Source: an uncultured cyanobacterium
GTDB lineage: Bacteria > Cyanobacteriota > Cyanobacteriia > PCC-6307 > Cyanobiaceae
Direction of reading: 5' to 3'
Assembly (NCBI GenBank): GCA_963765575.1
Contig: CAVXWZ010000008.1
Span: 1 to 64,000 of the forward strand
DNA: 64,000 nt
The first letter of the stretch is position 1, and every line of letters starts with the position of its first letter. The translations under genes and the position numbers were made by a program. Positions 61,317 to 64,000 of the stretch are shown piece after piece. The notes under the pieces were generated by a model. That model was not told the DNA's origin and searched no databases. It saw only the letters and a program-made list of their open reading frames with translations.

Positions 61317-61625
61317 TCAGGGTGGCGGCGTCACGGGCGGTGGCGTTCCGGGCGGTGGCGCCGGTGCCGGCTCAGGGACCTCCGGCTCCCAGAAATCAAT
61401 GATTCCACCGATCGTCAGGTCGGTGAAGACATCGGGGTTGGGACAGGCCCAGCGGGCGGCCGAGCCGCTGGCGGTGAACACCCAGTTGCCGGGCGAAGCC
61501 CCCACCGGATCCACCGCCACACTGAACTTGCCCTTGTTGTTGCGCAGCACGCGCAGTTGGGAATGGTCCAGTCCGCCCACCCTGTGGGTGCAGACCAGCG
61601 AGTTGATCACCTGCATGATCTCCAT
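61317..61625 (-). CDS. csoS4B: Carboxysome vertex pentamer B
   Basis: LVCTHRV..L, VAVDPVG...GNWVF..SGSAAR, DLTIGGIID. Confidence 0.92.
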   Translation of the reverse strand: MEIMQVINSLVCTHRVGGLDHSQLRVLRNNKGKFSVAVDPVGASPGNWVFTASGSAARWACPNPDVFTDLTIGGIIDFWEPEVPEPAPAPPPGTPPPVTPPP

Positions 61626-61912
61626 TACTGGGCACCCCCGTTGAGGCGGGTGGCCTCGTTCCGGGCCGCCTGGGGATCCCAGTGGTCGATGATGCCCACG
61701 ATCGTCAGATCGCTGGGATACGACTTGCTGCCGGCGGCCTCGCGGGCCGCGGAACTGCCCACGCAGATCACCCAGTCGCCGGGGATGGCCCCCACCGCAT
61801 CCACAGCCACCTTCTGGGTGCTGCCGTCCAGCACCACCTGCAGGTGCTTGTGCTCAAAACCGGGAATGCGGTTGGTGGACACCAGCGGTTTCACCACCTG
61901 ACAGATCAGCAT
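61625..61912 (-). CDS. csoS4A: Carboxysome vertex pentamer A
   Basis: KPLVSTNRIP, VAVDAVG, SSAAREAAG..YPSDLTIVGIIDHW. Confidence 0.95.
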   Translation of the reverse strand: MLICQVVKPLVSTNRIPGFEHKHLQVVLDGSTQKVAVDAVGAIPGDWVICVGSSAAREAAGSKSYPSDLTIVGIIDHWDPQAARNEATRLNGGAQ

Positions 61913-61914
61913 CC

Positions 61915-63603
61915 TCAGTGACCTCCCACGGTCGCGAAGGTGATGGTCGAGCCCACCGTTTCGGCGGCGGCATGGCGATCCTGATCGCGCACCGTCAGCA
62001 GGGCATGGAGCAGCCCCTGCTGAAACAGCTGGCTGTAGCGATTCTCGATCGCCGCCTGCACCCGCTGGCAATGGCGAATCGCCCGCTCCCGGGCTCCGGG
62101 CACCTTGCCGTGGTAATCGAAGCGCACCACCACCGGCACGGGCAGCCCGCGCGAGACATTCAGACCCTTGAAGATCTTCACGCCCACATCCAGGTCTGGA
62201 GCCCCTTCTTCGACGGTGTCCATGTGGGCAAAGTAGGTGAGGTTGCGCAGGTGGATCTCCTTGAAGCCGATGCCCAGGCCGATGAAGCGCTCACCGTGGC
62301 CGTCCTCGCTGTAGTGGCCCCCGTGGTACTGACGCACGTAGTCGATCTGGGAGAGGTTGTGCTCCAGCAGCCGGCTCACCAGCTGCACCATGCCGGGATC
62401 CGGCGCTGAGGCTGCGGCCGCCTGCACCAGGTCGGCGATCTGCTGGCGGCCGCGCTCAGGCTCCAGCTGGCGGGTCTGCTCATAGACATCGCGGGCATCC
62501 AGCCAGCGATCCAGGTGGGTGGTGCCGTCCAGGCCGGGCACATGCACCCGGATGGCATCCGTGTCGGTGTCGATCCCCATCAGCAGCAGATCCACCGAGG
62601 CACCGCAACAGAAGCTGTTCTCCACCGCCTGCTGGAAGTCATCCAGTCGCGCCAGACCGCAGGACGCCGCCAGGGCATCGTTGCTGCCGTGGGCGGCGCA
62701 GCCTTCATGGCTGGGGTCGAGCGAGCTGAAGTGATACAGCACCACCTTCAGGTAGCGGGTGGGGTCATGGGCCGCGTTCGGCACCCCTTCGCGGTAGCGG
62801 CCGTGTTCGGTCTTCACCCAGCGGTTCACCGTCGACTCCACATCGAACAGGGCACCGGCGTGGGGCCTGCGGCGCACGGAGCTGAAGGGCAGGCGCAGGC
62901 CGTAGGCGATGGCATGGGCCAGGCGGCCATCGGCGCAAGGGGAGATGTCCAACAGATGGAAGCCGCAGCTGAGCAGGAAGGCGTCAAAACTCTCGGCCGC
63001 AGCGCTGCCCGGTCGTCCGTGCAGCGGGTCGCTGTTGAAGAAGCTGGCACTGGTGTGCTCATAGGCCTCGAACACGCACCAGGCGAACAGGGTGCGCATG
63101 TCCAGCTGACTCACCCAGGCGCTCTCCAGCACCGGCAAGGGCAGCCCATGGTCGAGTTCGCGCAGGGCGAGGTTCTGGGCCCGCTCCACGAATTGATCCT
63201 GGTGCTGGAGGCCGGCGATCTGCTGCAGCACCGGCACGATGCGTTCGAAGCGGTGCTTGACCTGCTGGTCGTAGGCCCGCAGGGCCTGGTTGGCCGCCTG
63301 GTCGGTGAGCGGGTGCGCGGCGGCCGTCGGCAGGCTGCTCAGCGGCCTGGGGCCCTCACCCCTGGGGCGATTCGTCGGGGCGCCGCTGCCCTGGCGCCGG
63401 CCGCGCACCGGCCGCAGGTTGGCGGGGGTGCTGGGGGTCCGGGCCTGTTGCAGGACCGTGCGGGCCCTGGTGCCGCGCAGGGGCGGGTTGCCGGCCGTGG
63501 TGGGTGCGGTGTCGGTGTCCTGGGGGGGCAGGGGAGCTCCGGGCCGCCGCCGTGGAGCCGTTGGCGCCAGGGGGCGATCGGCGGATGCTGAACGGCGGGG
63601 CAT
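61915..63603 (-). CDS. csoSCA: Carboxysomal beta-carbonic anhydrase
   Basis: PCADGRL, HFSS.DP.H.GCAAHGS, HLRNLTYFAH. Confidence 0.96.
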   Translation of the reverse strand: MPRRSASADRPLAPTAPRRRPGAPLPPQDTDTAPTTAGNPPLRGTRARTVLQQARTPSTPANLRPVRGRRQGSGAPTNRPRGEGPRPLSSLPTAAAHPLTDQAANQALRAYDQQVKHRFERIVPVLQQIAGLQHQDQFVERAQNLALRELDHGLPLPVLESAWVSQLDMRTLFAWCVFEAYEHTSASFFNSDPLHGRPGSAAAESFDAFLLSCGFHLLDISPCADGRLAHAIAYGLRLPFSSVRRRPHAGALFDVESTVNRWVKTEHGRYREGVPNAAHDPTRYLKVVLYHFSSLDPSHEGCAAHGSNDALAASCGLARLDDFQQAVENSFCCGASVDLLLMGIDTDTDAIRVHVPGLDGTTHLDRWLDARDVYEQTRQLEPERGRQQIADLVQAAAASAPDPGMVQLVSRLLEHNLSQIDYVRQYHGGHYSEDGHGERFIGLGIGFKEIHLRNLTYFAHMDTVEEGAPDLDVGVKIFKGLNVSRGLPVPVVVRFDYHGKVPGARERAIRHCQRVQAAIENRYSQLFQQGLLHALLTVRDQDRHAAAETVGSTITFATVGGH

Positions 63604-63610
63604 GATCCGC

Positions 63611-64000
63611 TCAGCCTCGGGCTCCACCAGACACCGTGATCAGGGATCCGGAGCTGGTGTTGCCGCTGGAGCCGGTGACACGACACACGGGCTCAGGCAC
63701 CTCCTCGTTGCGCTTGGACTGGAAGCCGGGCATGGCCGTCATCGGTCCGGGGCGGGAGGGGTTGCGGCGCCGGGCCGAGGCCCCTTCGGTGCCGGTGACG
63801 TGCTCGCCCCGATCCCAGTCATCGCCTGTGATCGACAGGCCCGTGGAGAGTCCCTCGCCGGTCACCCGGGAGGTGGGACGGGCCGTTGCCGGCTCACTGG
63901 CCGCCGCCTTGCCGAGTTCGATCGGACCCCGGGAAAACTGGGCGCCGCGACGGTCGAAGCGAAACTGCTCGGTGCCCGTGACCTTGCCGCCGGCGAGGTC
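63611..64000 (-). CDS. csoS2: CsoS2 carboxysome scaffold, C-terminal part (runs off window)
   Basis: ITGDDWDRG..VTGTEG, VTGSSGNT...ITVSGGARG C-terminus. Confidence 0.93.
   Translation of the reverse strand, partial: DLAGGKVTGTEQFRFDRRGAQFSRGPIELGKAAASEPATARPTSRVTGEGLSTGLSITGDDWDRGEHVTGTEGASARRRNPSRPGPMTAMPGFQSKRNEEVPEPVCRVTGSSGNTSSGSLITVSGGARG

Noticed and set aside
54263..64000. Carboxysome/NDH-1(4) locus as a novelty
   Set aside because: Gene order csoS2-csoSCA-csoS4AB-csoS1E-bfr-ndhF4-ndhD4-cupB-PCD-cbbX matches the known alpha-cyanobacterial arrangement

Overview
High-GC picocyanobacterial (Cyanobium/Synechococcus cluster 5-like, alpha-carboxysome) chromosome segment with two parts. (1) 1-~42990 is the right-hand portion of a large genomic island that ends at the 3' end of tRNA-Pro(UGG). 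Its cargo (1-27.5 kb) is a sulfide-oxidation/redox cluster (Tll0287-like c-heme protein, an accessory Rieske PetC, type II SQR, BigR/SqrR-like ArsR regulator, persulfide dioxygenase-rhodanese, rhodaneses, two TauE exporters, cydAB), two methyltransferases, a class D beta-lactamase, a MerR/DUF3721/3x HupE-UreJ metal module, pstS and an IS256. Its mobile core (27.5-43 kb) is a phage-satellite-like element: sigma factor, TerL, probable TerS, exonuclease, P4-alpha-like primase-helicase, SF2 helicase, a toxin-antitoxin hotspot, VRR-NUC, XRE, ERF-like, SSB and Xis-like genes, with no capsid, portal, tail or integrase gene inside the window. (2) 43-64 kb is core genome: ridA, gloB, hisG, ABC transporter, TIGR04283/04282 glycosyltransferases, HtrA protease, dnaA, a tandem pair of diverged secreted-protein genes separated by duplicated dnaA/cbbX ends, then cbbX, cupB-ndhD4-ndhF4 and the cso carboxysome operon. 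Many genes carry 1-bp frameshifts, most likely sequencing errors. All calls come from reading the sequence by eye; no database searches were run.
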